From NCBI GenBank assembly GCA_050287085.1, contig JBNKBE010000011.1:32001-96000 (forward strand): a stretch of 64,000 nt of DNA. The letters run 5' to 3'. A program made the translations under genes and the position numbers. A model generated the notes under the pieces. The model was given only the letters and a program-made list of their open reading frames with translations, was not told the origin of the DNA and ran no database searches. This DNA comes from Polyangiaceae bacterium. Lineage in GTDB: Bacteria; Myxococcota_A; Polyangia; Polyangiales; Polyangiaceae. Numbering within the stretch: position 1 is the first letter of the stretch; each line of letters opens with the position of its first letter. This document shows, one piece after another, positions 47,600 through 58,644 of the stretch.

Positions 47600-49405
47600 T
47601 CATTCGCGCGCGAAGTGAAGCTCATGCAGTCTCGCGTACAAGCCTCCCTGAGCCAGGAGCTCCTCGTGAGTTCCTTCTTCGGCAACCTCCCCACGCTGAA
47701 GCACCACAATACGATCCGCCGCGCGGATGGTGCTCAAGCGGTGTGCAATGATGATAGCACTCCGACCTAACATCAACTCGTCGAGCGCCTTCTGCAGACG
47801 CGCCTCAGTCTCCGAATCCACGCTGGCGGTGGCCTCGTCTAGGATCAGAATCGGCGCGTCACGATAGAGAGCTCGCGCGAAGGCAATCAGCTGTCGCTCG
47901 CCCACGCTGAAGTTGGCCCCCCGCTCCTCAACCGGCGCATCGAGTCCACCAGGACGACGCGCAAGCATATCGAACGCGCCGAGACGACGCAGGACGGTCT
48001 CGACTTTATCGGAGTCCGGCCTTTGCCCGACCGCGATATTCTCGGCAATAGTGCCCGGAAACAGGAATACGTCCTGAGGCACCACAGAGAATTGACCTCG
48101 CAGCTGCTGCCGCTCCAGTCCGCGAATGTCCTTGCCCATCACCCGCACAACCCCCGCATCAGCGTCGTAAAGCCTGAGAAGGAGCGCCGACAGCGTCGTC
48201 TTGCCGGAGCCGGTCGGCCCCACCAGAGCAATCTTCTCGCCTCTTCGGGCGGACAGCGAGAGCCCCCGCAACACCGGCTTGCTCGCATTGTAGGAGAAGT
48301 CGACGTGCTCGAGTTCGAAGGCCGCATCACCCTTGTCTGGCAGCGCCTTGGATAGCGTCGGGGCATCGCGCTCCGCGTCACCCTGATCGAATAGCCCGAA
48401 AACACGCTCCGCCCCCGCAAGCGCACTCTGCAGAATGGTGTAGCGCTGAGCCAGGAGTGAAATGGGCTCAAAAAACTCACGCACGTAGGCGTTGAACGCG
48501 ACCAGCACCCCAAAAGTGACTGGATGAAAGCCTAGCGCCACGAGTATCGACGCCAAGGATACCGCTGTGATCATCTCCACGGCGGCGTCCTGCAGCGCAT
48601 CGTACTTGATAGAGCGGATATTCGCTTCCCGATAGGCCTCGTTGATCTCGTCGAATTCGTCGGCTGCCGCGTCTTGCTGCCCGTACGCTTGAACCACGGC
48701 CATGCCGGATACCTGCTCATTCATCGTCGCGTTCATGCGTGACGTCTTGGCCCGAATGGCCCTGAACGCGTCGCGATGCAGCCGACGAACGAAATGGACC
48801 ATCAGCGCCACCGGTGGCACGGCCAGAAACGTGACAACCGCAAGCTTCCAGTCGAGCCCGACCATGAACGCGACGACCCCAACGAGCTTGAGAATGTCGG
48901 TCACGATGCTCAGGGCACCCGAGGAGGCCAGTTCCAGAATGGCGTCGGTGTCGTTCGTTACACGCGTGACCAGCCGCCCCACGGGTTGGCGATCGAAGAA
49001 TCGCATCCGCAGGGTATGAATGAACTCGAAGATCTGGCTCCGGAGGTCGGCCACCACGCGGGCCCCGAGGAGCTGAGTTGCGTAGATGCGTCCCACCGCC
49101 AAGACCTGCTCGACAAGCACTACCAGCGCAAACGAGAGGGCTCCTTGGGTGAGCACGTCAGCGTCCTTCGCCATCACGCCGGAGTCGATCGTCCAGCGCA
49201 TCAGTAGCGGGCGAACGAGTGCCAGCGCAGCGGTGAGTCCCCCTAGAAACACGGTCGCGTAAAGCAAGCTGCGATGCGGGACGACGAAGGGCCATAGTCG
49301 CCGAAGCAGAGACCAGTCTTGAGTGCCCGCGAAACCGCTCTCCTCATGAAAGCGCCGCAGGATCTCCTCGGTGCGCTTCTTTGTACGCGTGGCGGTCGGG
49401 TTCAT
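47600..49405 (-). CDS. ABC exporter permease/ATPase, heterodimer subunit B (MdlB-like)
   Basis: TMD + GPTGSGKT, FSVGERQL, ILDEATA, IAHRLST. Confidence 0.92.
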   Translation of the reverse strand: MNPTATRTKKRTEEILRRFHEESGFAGTQDWSLLRRLWPFVVPHRSLLYATVFLGGLTAALALVRPLLMRWTIDSGVMAKDADVLTQGALSFALVVLVEQVLAVGRIYATQLLGARVVADLRSQIFEFIHTLRMRFFDRQPVGRLVTRVTNDTDAILELASSGALSIVTDILKLVGVVAFMVGLDWKLAVVTFLAVPPVALMVHFVRRLHRDAFRAIRAKTSRMNATMNEQVSGMAVVQAYGQQDAAADEFDEINEAYREANIRSIKYDALQDAAVEMITAVSLASILVALGFHPVTFGVLVAFNAYVREFFEPISLLAQRYTILQSALAGAERVFGLFDQGDAERDAPTLSKALPDKGDAAFELEHVDFSYNASKPVLRGLSLSARRGEKIALVGPTGSGKTTLSALLLRLYDADAGVVRVMGKDIRGLERQQLRGQFSVVPQDVFLFPGTIAENIAVGQRPDSDKVETVLRRLGAFDMLARRPGGLDAPVEERGANFSVGERQLIAFARALYRDAPILILDEATASVDSETEARLQKALDELMLGRSAIIIAHRLSTIRAADRIVVLQRGEVAEEGTHEELLAQGGLYARLHELHFARE

Positions 49406-51198
49406 TGGGCGACTTCCTGTGCCTGAGCGGCCAACTTGTACAACTCAGACTCGATCCTTTGTTCCTCCGCGAAGGTCGCATACAGCCCCCCACGAGCGCA
49501 TAGTTCATCGTGAGTCCCCGCGGCGACGATCCGCCCCTCGTCGAGTACCACGATGCGGTCACAACGTTGCGCGGCGCTCACGCGGTGCGTGATCAATACC
49601 ACGCTTCGGCGTGCCCGCTGCCGATCGATCGCACGAAGAATCGCTGCTTCTGTGCGGGCATCCACCGCGCTCAGCGGATCGTCCAGCACGAGGATGCGTG
49701 GATCGGAAAGCAGCGCCCGGGCCAGGGACACGCGCTGCTTCTGTCCACCGGAGAGCTGAACCCCGCGCTCCCCCACGACCGTGTCATATCCGTCTGGGAG
49801 CTCTGCTATCTCCTCCGCTATCTGCGCCTCTTCTGCGGCGCTGCGAATCTGCGCCTGTGCGGCGGGGCTGTCGGGCTCATCGAGCGCATAGCCAATGTTG
49901 CGACCGATCGTCGTAGAGAATAGGAACGCATCCTGCTGTGCGTAGCCAATGTACGCTCGCAAGTCCGATATGCGCAGGTCACAGATGTCCACGCCCCCTA
50001 GAAACACAGCCCCGCGGGGCGTGTTGTAGAGTCGGGCGAGCAGCAGCGCGACCGTGCTCTTGCCCGCCCCGGTTCGACCCACGATGGCGAGCGACTGCCC
50101 TGGCTCGAGCGAAAAGCTGACGCCCGAAAGCACGAGCTCCTGCTTGTAGCCAAACGTCAGCTCCCGCACCTCCAGCGCATGTTCACCCGGAGGCAAGCAC
50201 TGCGTCCCCTCGGCGATTTCAGGCTCCTTGTCGAAGATCTCTTTCACTCGCGAATAACTCGCTCGGCCCCGCTGCACCACGCTGACCATGAACCCCAGGG
50301 ATATGAGCGGCCAGGTCAGCCGCGACAACGCCCGAAAGAAAGCGACAAACGCCCCCGCATCGAACTCGGGCTCGGTCAACACCAGATAGCCGCCATACCA
50401 CAACAGGACGACCAACCCGACAGAGGTGATCGCCTGCATGACTGGCCACATCACGCCGCGCAAACGGGCAAGACGCAATGCCTTGTCCAAATAGTTCTGA
50501 TTTGCGACGGAAAACTGGCGCGCCTCTTCTTCTTCCAACGCGAATGAACGCACGACGCGAATGCCCGAAATGCTCGACTGAACTCGCTCACTCATCTGTC
50601 CGAGGGCCACTTGGTTCTCGCGCTGCCGACCGAACATGCGTTTCGCAAAGTAGGCCATCGACAGAAACAGCACAGGCAGCATAGCCAGCGACGCCATCGT
50701 TAGACTAACACTGCGTTCCAGGGTGATGGCCAAGGCACTCACGATTGCAAACGCGGTCGCGAAAACGTTGAGAACCCCGAAACCAAGCAACAGCCGGACC
50801 TGAGCGAGGTCATTCGTCACCCGGCTCATGATGTCACCGGTCGCCATATTGCCGTAGAAGGCCGGCCCCAACTTGTGCAGGTGATGCAATAGCGCGCGGC
50901 GAAGCTCGTACTCTGCGTTGCGGCCGCCGTTGAAGATCGCAATCCGCGACAGTATCCGAGCGAAGAACGACACCAACGCGATACCGATCAGCCCGAGACC
51001 GAGATGCCACGTGTGGCTGACGCCGGCAGAGAAGGCTTCGTCCACCGCGTGGTCCAGCTCGGTATCAAATAGGTACTGCAGGTAGTTGTAGACCGCCAAG
51101 AACAGCAAGCCAGCCACATATCCGGGGGATTGGCGCGCGAATTGGGCCCAAAGCCCCACAGGAATATCCTGCGCAGGCGTTTTCTTGACGGTGAACAT
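49402..51198 (-). CDS. ABC exporter permease/ATPase, heterodimer subunit A (MdlA-like)
   Basis: TMD + GRTGAGKS, LSGGQKQR, degenerate Walker B LDDPLSAVD. Confidence 0.92.
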   Translation of the reverse strand: MFTVKKTPAQDIPVGLWAQFARQSPGYVAGLLFLAVYNYLQYLFDTELDHAVDEAFSAGVSHTWHLGLGLIGIALVSFFARILSRIAIFNGGRNAEYELRRALLHHLHKLGPAFYGNMATGDIMSRVTNDLAQVRLLLGFGVLNVFATAFAIVSALAITLERSVSLTMASLAMLPVLFLSMAYFAKRMFGRQRENQVALGQMSERVQSSISGIRVVRSFALEEEEARQFSVANQNYLDKALRLARLRGVMWPVMQAITSVGLVVLLWYGGYLVLTEPEFDAGAFVAFFRALSRLTWPLISLGFMVSVVQRGRASYSRVKEIFDKEPEIAEGTQCLPPGEHALEVRELTFGYKQELVLSGVSFSLEPGQSLAIVGRTGAGKSTVALLLARLYNTPRGAVFLGGVDICDLRISDLRAYIGYAQQDAFLFSTTIGRNIGYALDEPDSPAAQAQIRSAAEEAQIAEEIAELPDGYDTVVGERGVQLSGGQKQRVSLARALLSDPRILVLDDPLSAVDARTEAAILRAIDRQRARRSVVLITHRVSAAQRCDRIVVLDEGRIVAAGTHDELCARGGLYATFAEEQRIESELYKLAAQAQEVAQ

Positions 51199-51402
51199 CG
51201 ATTCGGATGGGTAGCTATAGGCAATCGCCGACCGAGCGCAACCCCGCTTCGCGCTACACTGAGTGCCGCCGTTGACGTCGGAGGTCCGGTGGTTGATATC
51301 AGCGCTCGTCGTGCACCACTGCTGGATCGAACCGCCCGGCCCGGTCGGCTCGATCCAACATCACCTGCCCCTAAGGGCTCGCGAAGGGGTAAGTCAGTCG
51401 CG

Positions 51403-52599
51403 TTAGAACGCGAAATGCAAACTGAGCGCCGGCTGCACCAGCGCGTGCAGACCCCGTTCCTTGGAGCCAAATACGGCCAGGACGCGCGTTTGCAAGTCCA
51501 ACAAGAGCAGCTCAGTGCGCAACAATTCAAGGCCTAGCGAGCCACCTGCACTGCCTTCGTCCAAACCCAGGGCGTGAATGTAGCCGACCCGAAAGCCCAG
51601 GTAGGGGTTGAGCACGCGCCTGCGTCCACCCCCGAGAAAGTCCGAGTACATATCACCGCCAAAGCTAACCGAAAACCACTGCCCAGCGTGATCTGCGCGC
51701 ACTGACTTAGCCCAATCGACGTCCAGACTCGCCGCGCGATCAAAGAAGAAGCTGAAGCCAACCCCCGCGAAGGTTTCGCTCCCCCCTTTGGTGAAATGTG
51801 TTGGCGTGACCAGGCGCACCCCCGGCCACATCTTGGCCTCCGGCGCAATGGCAACGGCTGGATCTGTGGTCAGCTCCAGGTAGACGGTCGATCGAGCCAC
51901 CTGATCGCGCATCCAGGCGAGATCCGAGCGCACGCGGTCGAGCTCCGTACGAACCGATGCCAAAGCCGCCTCAAGCGCGGTCATGTCTGCGACTGTCTGG
52001 GCCTGCGAAAGAAGCTGCTCGTAGCGCTTCATCGTATCTTCCAGATTGCGCACCAAGACCTGGGCGTCCGAATAGGCCCGCCCCAATTCTTCGGACTCGA
52101 TCTTGCGAAACTCAACCCTTCCGAGCGCGGCAACGCGGTCCAGGAACTTGGACGTCTGCGCGGAAGGCACGCGCAGAGCAAGGGCTGCCACTTGCCTATC
52201 CTCCTGCGTCTGAATCACCTCGCTCGCGATCTGCGCCGACAACTCAGCCGCCGCCGCATGAGTCGCTGCAACCGCCACCCCAAGGTCCGAAACCACAACG
52301 TTCATGTGCGCTTCGATGGCGAGCTCCGCGCCTTCCGAGAGCGGCATTCTCGCGCTCGGGCTCCCCCCCTTGGCGGCCTGCGCGGACCTCGGAATCGCCG
52401 CTCGGAGTTCGACATCACCCTCAATGGCAAGCGACGGGGTTGCAAGGACACCGTAGGGTTCAGGCCCCTTCGCCACAACAGGAGACGGCGGCGCTTCTGC
52501 CGGGCGCGCGCCCGCCGAGCAGGCGACGAGAAAGGGCACGAGCGAGACGCTCGCAGCCATGAACAAGATCCAACGCCAACGCGGGAACCGATAGGACAT
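51403..52599 (-). CDS. DUF4349-like lipoprotein with a C-terminal beta-barrel-like domain
   Basis: Lipobox LVAC; LRVP, coiled coil, DQVARST; amphipathic strands ending LHFAF. Confidence 0.75.
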   Translation of the reverse strand: MSYRFPRWRWILFMAASVSLVPFLVACSAGARPAEAPPSPVVAKGPEPYGVLATPSLAIEGDVELRAAIPRSAQAAKGGSPSARMPLSEGAELAIEAHMNVVVSDLGVAVAATHAAAAELSAQIASEVIQTQEDRQVAALALRVPSAQTSKFLDRVAALGRVEFRKIESEELGRAYSDAQVLVRNLEDTMKRYEQLLSQAQTVADMTALEAALASVRTELDRVRSDLAWMRDQVARSTVYLELTTDPAVAIAPEAKMWPGVRLVTPTHFTKGGSETFAGVGFSFFFDRAASLDVDWAKSVRADHAGQWFSVSFGGDMYSDFLGGGRRRVLNPYLGFRVGYIHALGLDEGSAGGSLGLELLRTELLLLDLQTRVLAVFGSKERGLHALVQPALSLHFAF

Positions 52600-52734
52600 A
52601 GGCTGCCCAGTGTAACCCGTTCCGGTCTGCCAGCAGCCTCATTGACGTAGAAGAGGGCCGACGCCCGGACCGATCGACGCGCTGCGCCGACGACAGTAGC
52701 CAGCGCGTCCCGCGCAGGGTATGAGGGCGGCCCG

Positions 52735-54489
52735 ATGAGTGACCTCACCGAGAGCGCTGCCGACACGCCGGAAGCGATCGGGCGGCGGGTCCGCACGCTC
52801 GCTGCGACGTGGGAACGAGAGGCGACAAGCCCTGCTTGCCGTCGGCATTGTGCCCAGGAGCTCAAATCACTCCGAGCTCTTTTTCGGCGCAACCGCGCGA
52901 GCTTCACGGCCGAGTCGCTTCAGATGCTCAAGAATCTGTCGGATCAGCTCAGGTCGTACGCCCAACAGGCGCACTATGCCCAGACAGCTCGAGACACCGA
53001 TTTGCAGGCCGCGCTGGCTACGACATTCGGCTATCCCCGGTTCCGACCGGGTCAGGAAGAGATCATCCGCAGCCTGCTGGCAGGGCGCGATTCGGTCGGC
53101 ATCATGCCGACGGGCGCTGGCAAGTCTCTCACTTACCAACTCCCAGCCCGGCTGCTGGGGGGCACTACGCTGGTCATCTCCCCTCTCATCGCGCTGATGA
53201 AGGATCAGGTCGATGCATTGTCCGAGAACGGCTTTCGAGCCACCGCGCTAAACTCAACCGTCGACGAGACGGAACGCGAGCGACGCGAGGCAGCCCTGCG
53301 CGCCGGCGAATATGAAGTCGTATACGCCGCGCCGGAAGGCATCGAAGCCAGCGTCGGTCGCTCATTGCACGGACTCGACTTGCGACTGATAGCCGTCGAC
53401 GAGGCCCATTGCATCAGCCAATGGGGACACGACTTCCGCCCGGCGTATCGTCGCCTGCGAGGTCTCAAAAGCCGCTTTCCCGACGTGCCGGTGCTGGCTC
53501 TAACCGCCACCGCCACCCCCGCCGTAACCGACGACATCGTCACCCAACTCGGCATGGCCTCGCCTGCGGTCTTTCGCGGGAGCTTCTTCCGCGAGAACTT
53601 GCACATACACGTCTACAAGAAGGGCAAGAGTGGCGTGGTCAGCGACGTTCGCCGAACCATCGCCAACATCGTGCTCTCGCGCCCCGGCGATACAGGCATC
53701 GTCTATTGTATCTCCCGGAAGGCCACTGAGAGCCTGGCGGCCTACCTGAAGGAACACGGCTGCCGCGCCGAATGCTACCACGCTGGATTGGGCGCCGAGC
53801 AACGCTCACTGGTTCAAGACGCTTTTCGCAACGACGATCTCAGCGTCGTCTGCGCAACAATCGCTTTCGGGATGGGAATCGACAAGAGCAACGTGCGCTA
53901 CGTGGTGCATCGGGACATGCCCCGCTCCGTCGAGGGCTACTACCAAGAGATTGGTCGCGCTGGCCGAGACGGGCTGCCCAGCGATTGCATCCTGTTCTAC
54001 TCCTTCAACGAAGTGCGCACGTACGACCAATTCGCGGACTCTGTCGACGATCCGGATGCAGCAGAACGGCAGCGCGTCCAAGCCCGTCAGATGTTCACCT
54101 GGGCCGAGTCGGCTACTTGTCGCCACCAGGACTTGGTGGGCTACTTCGGGGAGGAACGCCAGCCATGCGGCGCCTCCTGCGACCACTGTGGACTGCCCAG
54201 CATCCTAAGCCAGATCCCCCCCCGCAAGAGGGGGCAGCGGCCAATGGGCGGCCCGCCCCCGCGAGGCGACGCTTCGCTCGACGCTCTTGAAGCCCTCAAG
54301 GAGCTCAGACGCGAGCTCGCGCGGGCTCGCAGCGTCCCCGCATACGTGATCTTCAGCGACGCTACACTGCTCGAAATGGCCGAATTGCTGCCTAGAAGCG
54401 AAGACGAGCTGCTCGCCATCAGCGGCGTCGGGCCGACAAAATTGGAACGCTATGGGGAGCACTTTCTAGCCCTGCTCCGGACGCTATGA
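52735..54489 (+). CDS. recQ: RecQ family ATP-dependent DNA helicase
   Basis: [54 protein letters not shown], Zn-binding Cys cluster, HRDC domain. Confidence 0.95.
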   Translation: MSDLTESAADTPEAIGRRVRTLAATWEREATSPACRRHCAQELKSLRALFRRNRASFTAESLQMLKNLSDQLRSYAQQAHYAQTARDTDLQAALATTFGYPRFRPGQEEIIRSLLAGRDSVGIMPTGAGKSLTYQLPARLLGGTTLVISPLIALMKDQVDALSENGFRATALNSTVDETERERREAALRAGEYEVVYAAPEGIEASVGRSLHGLDLRLIAVDEAHCISQWGHDFRPAYRRLRGLKSRFPDVPVLALTATATPAVTDDIVTQLGMASPAVFRGSFFRENLHIHVYKKGKSGVVSDVRRTIANIVLSRPGDTGIVYCISRKATESLAAYLKEHGCRAECYHAGLGAEQRSLVQDAFRNDDLSVVCATIAFGMGIDKSNVRYVVHRDMPRSVEGYYQEIGRAGRDGLPSDCILFYSFNEVRTYDQFADSVDDPDAAERQRVQARQMFTWAESATCRHQDLVGYFGEERQPCGASCDHCGLPSILSQIPPRKRGQRPMGGPPPRGDASLDALEALKELRRELARARSVPAYVIFSDATLLEMAELLPRSEDELLAISGVGPTKLERYGEHFLALLRTL

Positions 54490-54502
54490 GCCCCCAACCG
54501 AC

Positions 54503-54919
54503 CTAGCCGCGCATCGCCATGCGCTGCCGAGACAGGGACTCGATCGCCATCGAACGGTGGGCGACGAAGTCAAAAGGAAGCGAAGCCACGAACGCTACGG
54601 CGGCGCCCATCATGCGCACGGCAGAACTGGGCGATACGCACACGCCGCCTCGAATTCCGGCCTCACGGGCCACTCGCAGAAGCTGCACACCAGGCTTGCG
54701 CACATCCGCCTCGTATCCGCTGATTTGACCCCCGTCGATGACCAGAAACTGAAACGCTCCGCCAATCAGACGCTCACGAAGCTCCCCCACGGCGCGCTCC
54801 ACGGCCGCTTTGGTCACATATCCACGAAACACGACCTCCGCCGTGTCACTGGCAAACGTTCCTACGCTGAACACATCAGCATCATCAAGTCTTCTCACGA
54901 CCGCCGAATTCTGGGCCAT
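54503..54919 (-). CDS. Small STAS/SEC14-like alpha/beta protein
   Basis: Clean ORF; FRGYV, LVIDG, SSAVRM pattern typical of such myxobacterial proteins. Confidence 0.55.
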   Translation of the reverse strand: MAQNSAVVRRLDDADVFSVGTFASDTAEVVFRGYVTKAAVERAVGELRERLIGGAFQFLVIDGGQISGYEADVRKPGVQLLRVAREAGIRGGVCVSPSSAVRMMGAAVAFVASLPFDFVAHRSMAIESLSRQRMAMRG

Positions 54920-55017
54920 CTATCGATTGCAAACGCCCCCGCGCGGGGAAGCTGAAGGTCACATATCACGAAAATCGCGGGAATGACTCGAACGTACCGC
55001 GCCAAAGATACTACTAG

Positions 55018-55965
55018 CTAGAAATAGCGGGCGCAGTGTTGCGTCCAATCGCGATTGCCGTGAACCCAACGACACAGGCCTTCCAGGTACCCACGAAGCT
55101 CGGCGGAGCCGCCGCGTTCAAGCGCCTGGTCCGTGAGGCGCTCCAGTTCGCTCAGATCGAGGTTGTAAACCTCGACGGCCTCTGAGAGGGCATCCTCAAT
55201 ACCTAGACCGTATTGGCGAGCGAGGGCGGAGACCAGATTGAGCGGATCGGAGACCAGCGACTCCTTCGGATACGAATAGACGTCATTGACCCAGGCCGTC
55301 AGCAGCGCCGCCGTCCGCCGGGCTTCAACCACCTCCTGCCGGAACGCCTCCTCGTCGGGTAAGATGCCGCACAATCCGAGTTCCAACACAGCAAATACCG
55401 CAGATGTGCCAACGGTTAGAGCTCGAAGGTCGCGGTACTCTTCAACCGTAGGCACCCTGCCATCTCGCCGGAATGGCGTCTCTTCGTAGCAGCCTCTGAA
55501 ATAGCCACGCAGATCCGCGGCGAAACGCTGGTGCCATTGCGCGGTGGCCCCGAGCTCCGTGGCCCGTTGCAGGAGGTCCAGCAACGCTAGGTGAAACGGC
55601 GACGCCTCAGACGGACAGTGCCAAGTGTCCAGCAGATCGCAGTAGGAATCCAGCGCGGCCCCATGCTGCTCCTGGCTCCAATCGGCGGGGACCTCGCCCA
55701 CCGCATCATCGAATAAATAGAGCCACAGGATGAGGTCGGCCCCCAACTGCACCACCTCCACCGACTCGCGCTCGAAGGTGCCAGCGGCGAGACGCCCAAC
55801 TTGTATCCGGCTGGCGGCATGCGCCTCCAGGTCACTGCCCACCAGCGACAACGAACGCGCCCAGCGTACGGTGCGCTCCGACACCGAGTCCACCTCAGGG
55901 TGCATGCCATAGGTCGTGACACGCATGGAGGATACGACGCTCCTCGCGACTTCAACGATACTCAT
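55018..55965 (-). CDS. Class I terpene synthase (cyclase)
   Basis: Asp-rich FDDAVGE, effector region R..TVG, NSE motif NDVYSYPKE, C-terminal W.....RY. Confidence 0.9.
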   Translation of the reverse strand: MSIVEVARSVVSSMRVTTYGMHPEVDSVSERTVRWARSLSLVGSDLEAHAASRIQVGRLAAGTFERESVEVVQLGADLILWLYLFDDAVGEVPADWSQEQHGAALDSYCDLLDTWHCPSEASPFHLALLDLLQRATELGATAQWHQRFAADLRGYFRGCYEETPFRRDGRVPTVEEYRDLRALTVGTSAVFAVLELGLCGILPDEEAFRQEVVEARRTAALLTAWVNDVYSYPKESLVSDPLNLVSALARQYGLGIEDALSEAVEVYNLDLSELERLTDQALERGGSAELRGYLEGLCRWVHGNRDWTQHCARYF

Positions 55966-56186
55966 GCTCCCACCAGCGCCCACATCCTCTGCCGAGTTAA
56001 GGGGCAAACGCGGAACAGCGAAGACTTTCCCTACGGTGCTCCATAGAAATCCAGAATCAGGGCACAACCGGGCTGCTAGCGAGGCAGGAACTGACCCAAT
56101 ACGACCGAACCCGTACCAAACAGAAACCCGGACTGCTCCGAATTCTCACAAATGCGGATGATTCGTCCAAGGGAGCGATAGCCCGT

Positions 56187-57764
56187 TCAGAGTAGTTCGC
56201 GCCATGGCTCGCCATCCACCTCGGCCTGGTAGGCGGCGAGACGCTTTGCCTGTTCTTGGTCAGACCAGCCGAGCAGCTGCCCCATGCGCCCTGCAACAAC
56301 GGCTGCCAACGACCGGCCACCATCCGGGCGCGTCCAGCGCAGCAGGCTGCGCCGTTCAAACCAATCCGGCGGTTCGCGCGCGTGGTCGACGCGTACAGCG
56401 AAATCGATCTCTCCCTGCAGATAGTGTGGAATGCCCGGCAGGGCTGACGGCCCGGGCCCGAGCCACTCAGCCCCCCCGGGCGCGTTGCGTATGCATCGCG
56501 CTACGTCGGCGGCTCGGCTCCCGTAGCGCGCCAGCAGGGTCGCCCTCTCGCTCGCTCCCAACTCGCCGAAGGCATCGTCGTTCCCTTCGGGCGCCAAGTC
56601 CTGCGTCAATCCGACGGAACGGGTCCGCCCCGGCCCCGGCCGATTCGGAAGCCGATCACACACCTGCTCAGCGATGGCCCGGTAGGTCGTGTACTTGCCA
56701 CCTACAATCGAGATCACCCCTGACGAACTGCAGTGTATCTCATGCTCGCGGCTCGCCCGCGCACTGCTCCCGCCGTGTGCGATGAGCGGGCGTAGGCCCG
56801 CAAACGCGCCCACGATGTCCGTAGGCTTTGCTGGAAGAGACGGAAAGTAGTGCGCCACGCAGGCCAATAGCTCCAGAGCGTCCGCAGCAGTCGCCTGTAC
56901 ATCCTCCAAAGACCCGGCATAGTTCTCGTCGGTTGTGCCCACCAGCGTGCGACCGTGCCACGGAATGAGGAAGAAGATGCGCTCGCTCTTCGGCACGGGC
57001 AACGTGACCGCACACCGCAATCCCATGTCAGGAAGGACGATGTGGCTTCCCTTCGAAGGCCCCACCTGGGGAGTCGTCGGATCTCCGTCGAGGGGACGTG
57101 TCCAAACCCCGGTTGCCTGCACCACGACGTCCGTAGCAACGGAGTATTTCCTACCCTGCCGGCAAAGCCGGACACCGGCGACCTTCCCGTTGTGAAGCTC
57201 CACCGCGTCGAGTTGACAATAGTTCACCGCGACAGCGCCGTGGCGTTCGGCGGCCGCAATATTCTCAACGACGAGACGCGCGTCGTCCATCTGGGCGTCG
57301 TAGTACTCGAAGCCACATCGGACCGGACCTTCAAGGGCGGGGAGGCGCTCAGCTACCGCTTCCGGTGGCAGACGCCGGTGACGAGGGAAGGCCGCGTTCC
57401 TCCCGGCAAGCCAGTCGTAGAACGTCAGTCCGACGGCCACGAGCCAGGGAGGGCGAGCGCCCTCCAGAACCGGAAAAACGAAGCGCAGTGGCGCCACCAG
57501 ATGAGGCACGGTCGTGGCCAGCAGCGCACGCTCACGAAGCGACTCTCGGACGAGGCCGAACTGGTAGTGCTCCAGGTAGCGCAATCCTCCATGGATGAGC
57601 TTGGTGCTCTTCGAACTGGTTCCAGAGGCGAAGTCAGCCTTCTCGACGAGCAAGACCGATAGACCTCGCAGCGCCGCATCCCGAGCGATCGCCGCCCCAT
57701 TTATCCCTCCGCCGATGACGACCACGTCAAAACGCCCCCTAAGACGGGCCTCTTCGTCCTGCAT
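56187..57764 (-). CDS. glpD: FAD-dependent glycerol-3-phosphate dehydrogenase/oxidase
   Basis: IGGGINGA, DFASGTSSKSTKLIHGGLRYL, DDARL, KGSH, GTTD, GGKYTTYR. Confidence 0.92.
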   Translation of the reverse strand: MQDEEARLRGRFDVVVIGGGINGAAIARDAALRGLSVLLVEKADFASGTSSKSTKLIHGGLRYLEHYQFGLVRESLRERALLATTVPHLVAPLRFVFPVLEGARPPWLVAVGLTFYDWLAGRNAAFPRHRRLPPEAVAERLPALEGPVRCGFEYYDAQMDDARLVVENIAAAERHGAVAVNYCQLDAVELHNGKVAGVRLCRQGRKYSVATDVVVQATGVWTRPLDGDPTTPQVGPSKGSHIVLPDMGLRCAVTLPVPKSERIFFLIPWHGRTLVGTTDENYAGSLEDVQATAADALELLACVAHYFPSLPAKPTDIVGAFAGLRPLIAHGGSSARASREHEIHCSSSGVISIVGGKYTTYRAIAEQVCDRLPNRPGPGRTRSVGLTQDLAPEGNDDAFGELGASERATLLARYGSRAADVARCIRNAPGGAEWLGPGPSALPGIPHYLQGEIDFAVRVDHAREPPDWFERRSLLRWTRPDGGRSLAAVVAGRMGQLLGWSDQEQAKRLAAYQAEVDGEPWRELL

Positions 57765-57915
57765 GCGTGCAGTCTACACGATGCTGCGGGTCATCGACCC
57801 GTGGCTCGCCCATCTCGATTGCCCAGAACATCCAGTCAGGCGGCCGCCTGCGAGGGATGCCCCGCGGCGAGCCTTGCCATGGACAAGGCCCGTGCCCGAG
57901 AGGCATTCTGACTCC

Positions 57916-58644
57916 ATGCCGCTTCTCGCCTACGCTTCCGAGGCACAAGCCGATGACCCCCGAGGCGCGAGCTTCCTCGACCTGCTTTCCACCCTTGAGC
58001 GCACACTTCCTGGCACGTTTCTACTCCCGATCAGCCCCAACCCCCCGCGCCAAACCGTCCCCAATCCTACGCTCGACTGGGTCACCCTACCGCGGGGGGC
58101 GCGCCGTGCCATCACGCTGGGACTACTGCGACGCTACGCGCGCTGGTATCGCCCCAATGTCTCCATCTTCGCAGGCCGAGAGGGACACCGACTGGCTACC
58201 GCTTGCTACGATGGGTTCGGAGCCCGCCTGCTGTGGGAAGACGACCAACTGCGCCATCCGAACGGCACCCCCGTTTCACTCGAAACCCTAGCGACCCAGC
58301 TCCCCGTCTCCGTCGTCATCGACGAGACTTGCTCCAAGGAGGCCATGCATGCCTTGCTCTCGGCGAGGGCGGGGGCCCCGGAGCTGCGCCTGTATTGCCC
58401 GGGTGTTGTGGACGCTGGCGTGCTGGAGAAGCTGCACCTGGCCGCTGACCAATTCGCGAGCAAGCCCCGCGTGTTCGTGCGCCTCAAACAAGGATTGATG
58501 AATGCTGAAGGCGCCAGCGAAGCAATGGCCCTCACCCCCCACGTCGACCGCTTCGAAATCAATATCTGCAGCGAGAGGGAGCTTGGCGCCGCCGTGGCCG
58601 GAATCCTCAGCGCCACCCTGCGAGCCGTCAAGGAGCTAGCATGA
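57916..58644 (+). CDS. Hypothetical protein
   Basis: Open frame whose stop overlaps the next gene's ATG (ATGA); start uncertain. Confidence 0.55.
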   Translation: MPLLAYASEAQADDPRGASFLDLLSTLERTLPGTFLLPISPNPPRQTVPNPTLDWVTLPRGARRAITLGLLRRYARWYRPNVSIFAGREGHRLATACYDGFGARLLWEDDQLRHPNGTPVSLETLATQLPVSVVIDETCSKEAMHALLSARAGAPELRLYCPGVVDAGVLEKLHLAADQFASKPRVFVRLKQGLMNAEGASEAMALTPHVDRFEINICSERELGAAVAGILSATLRAVKELA

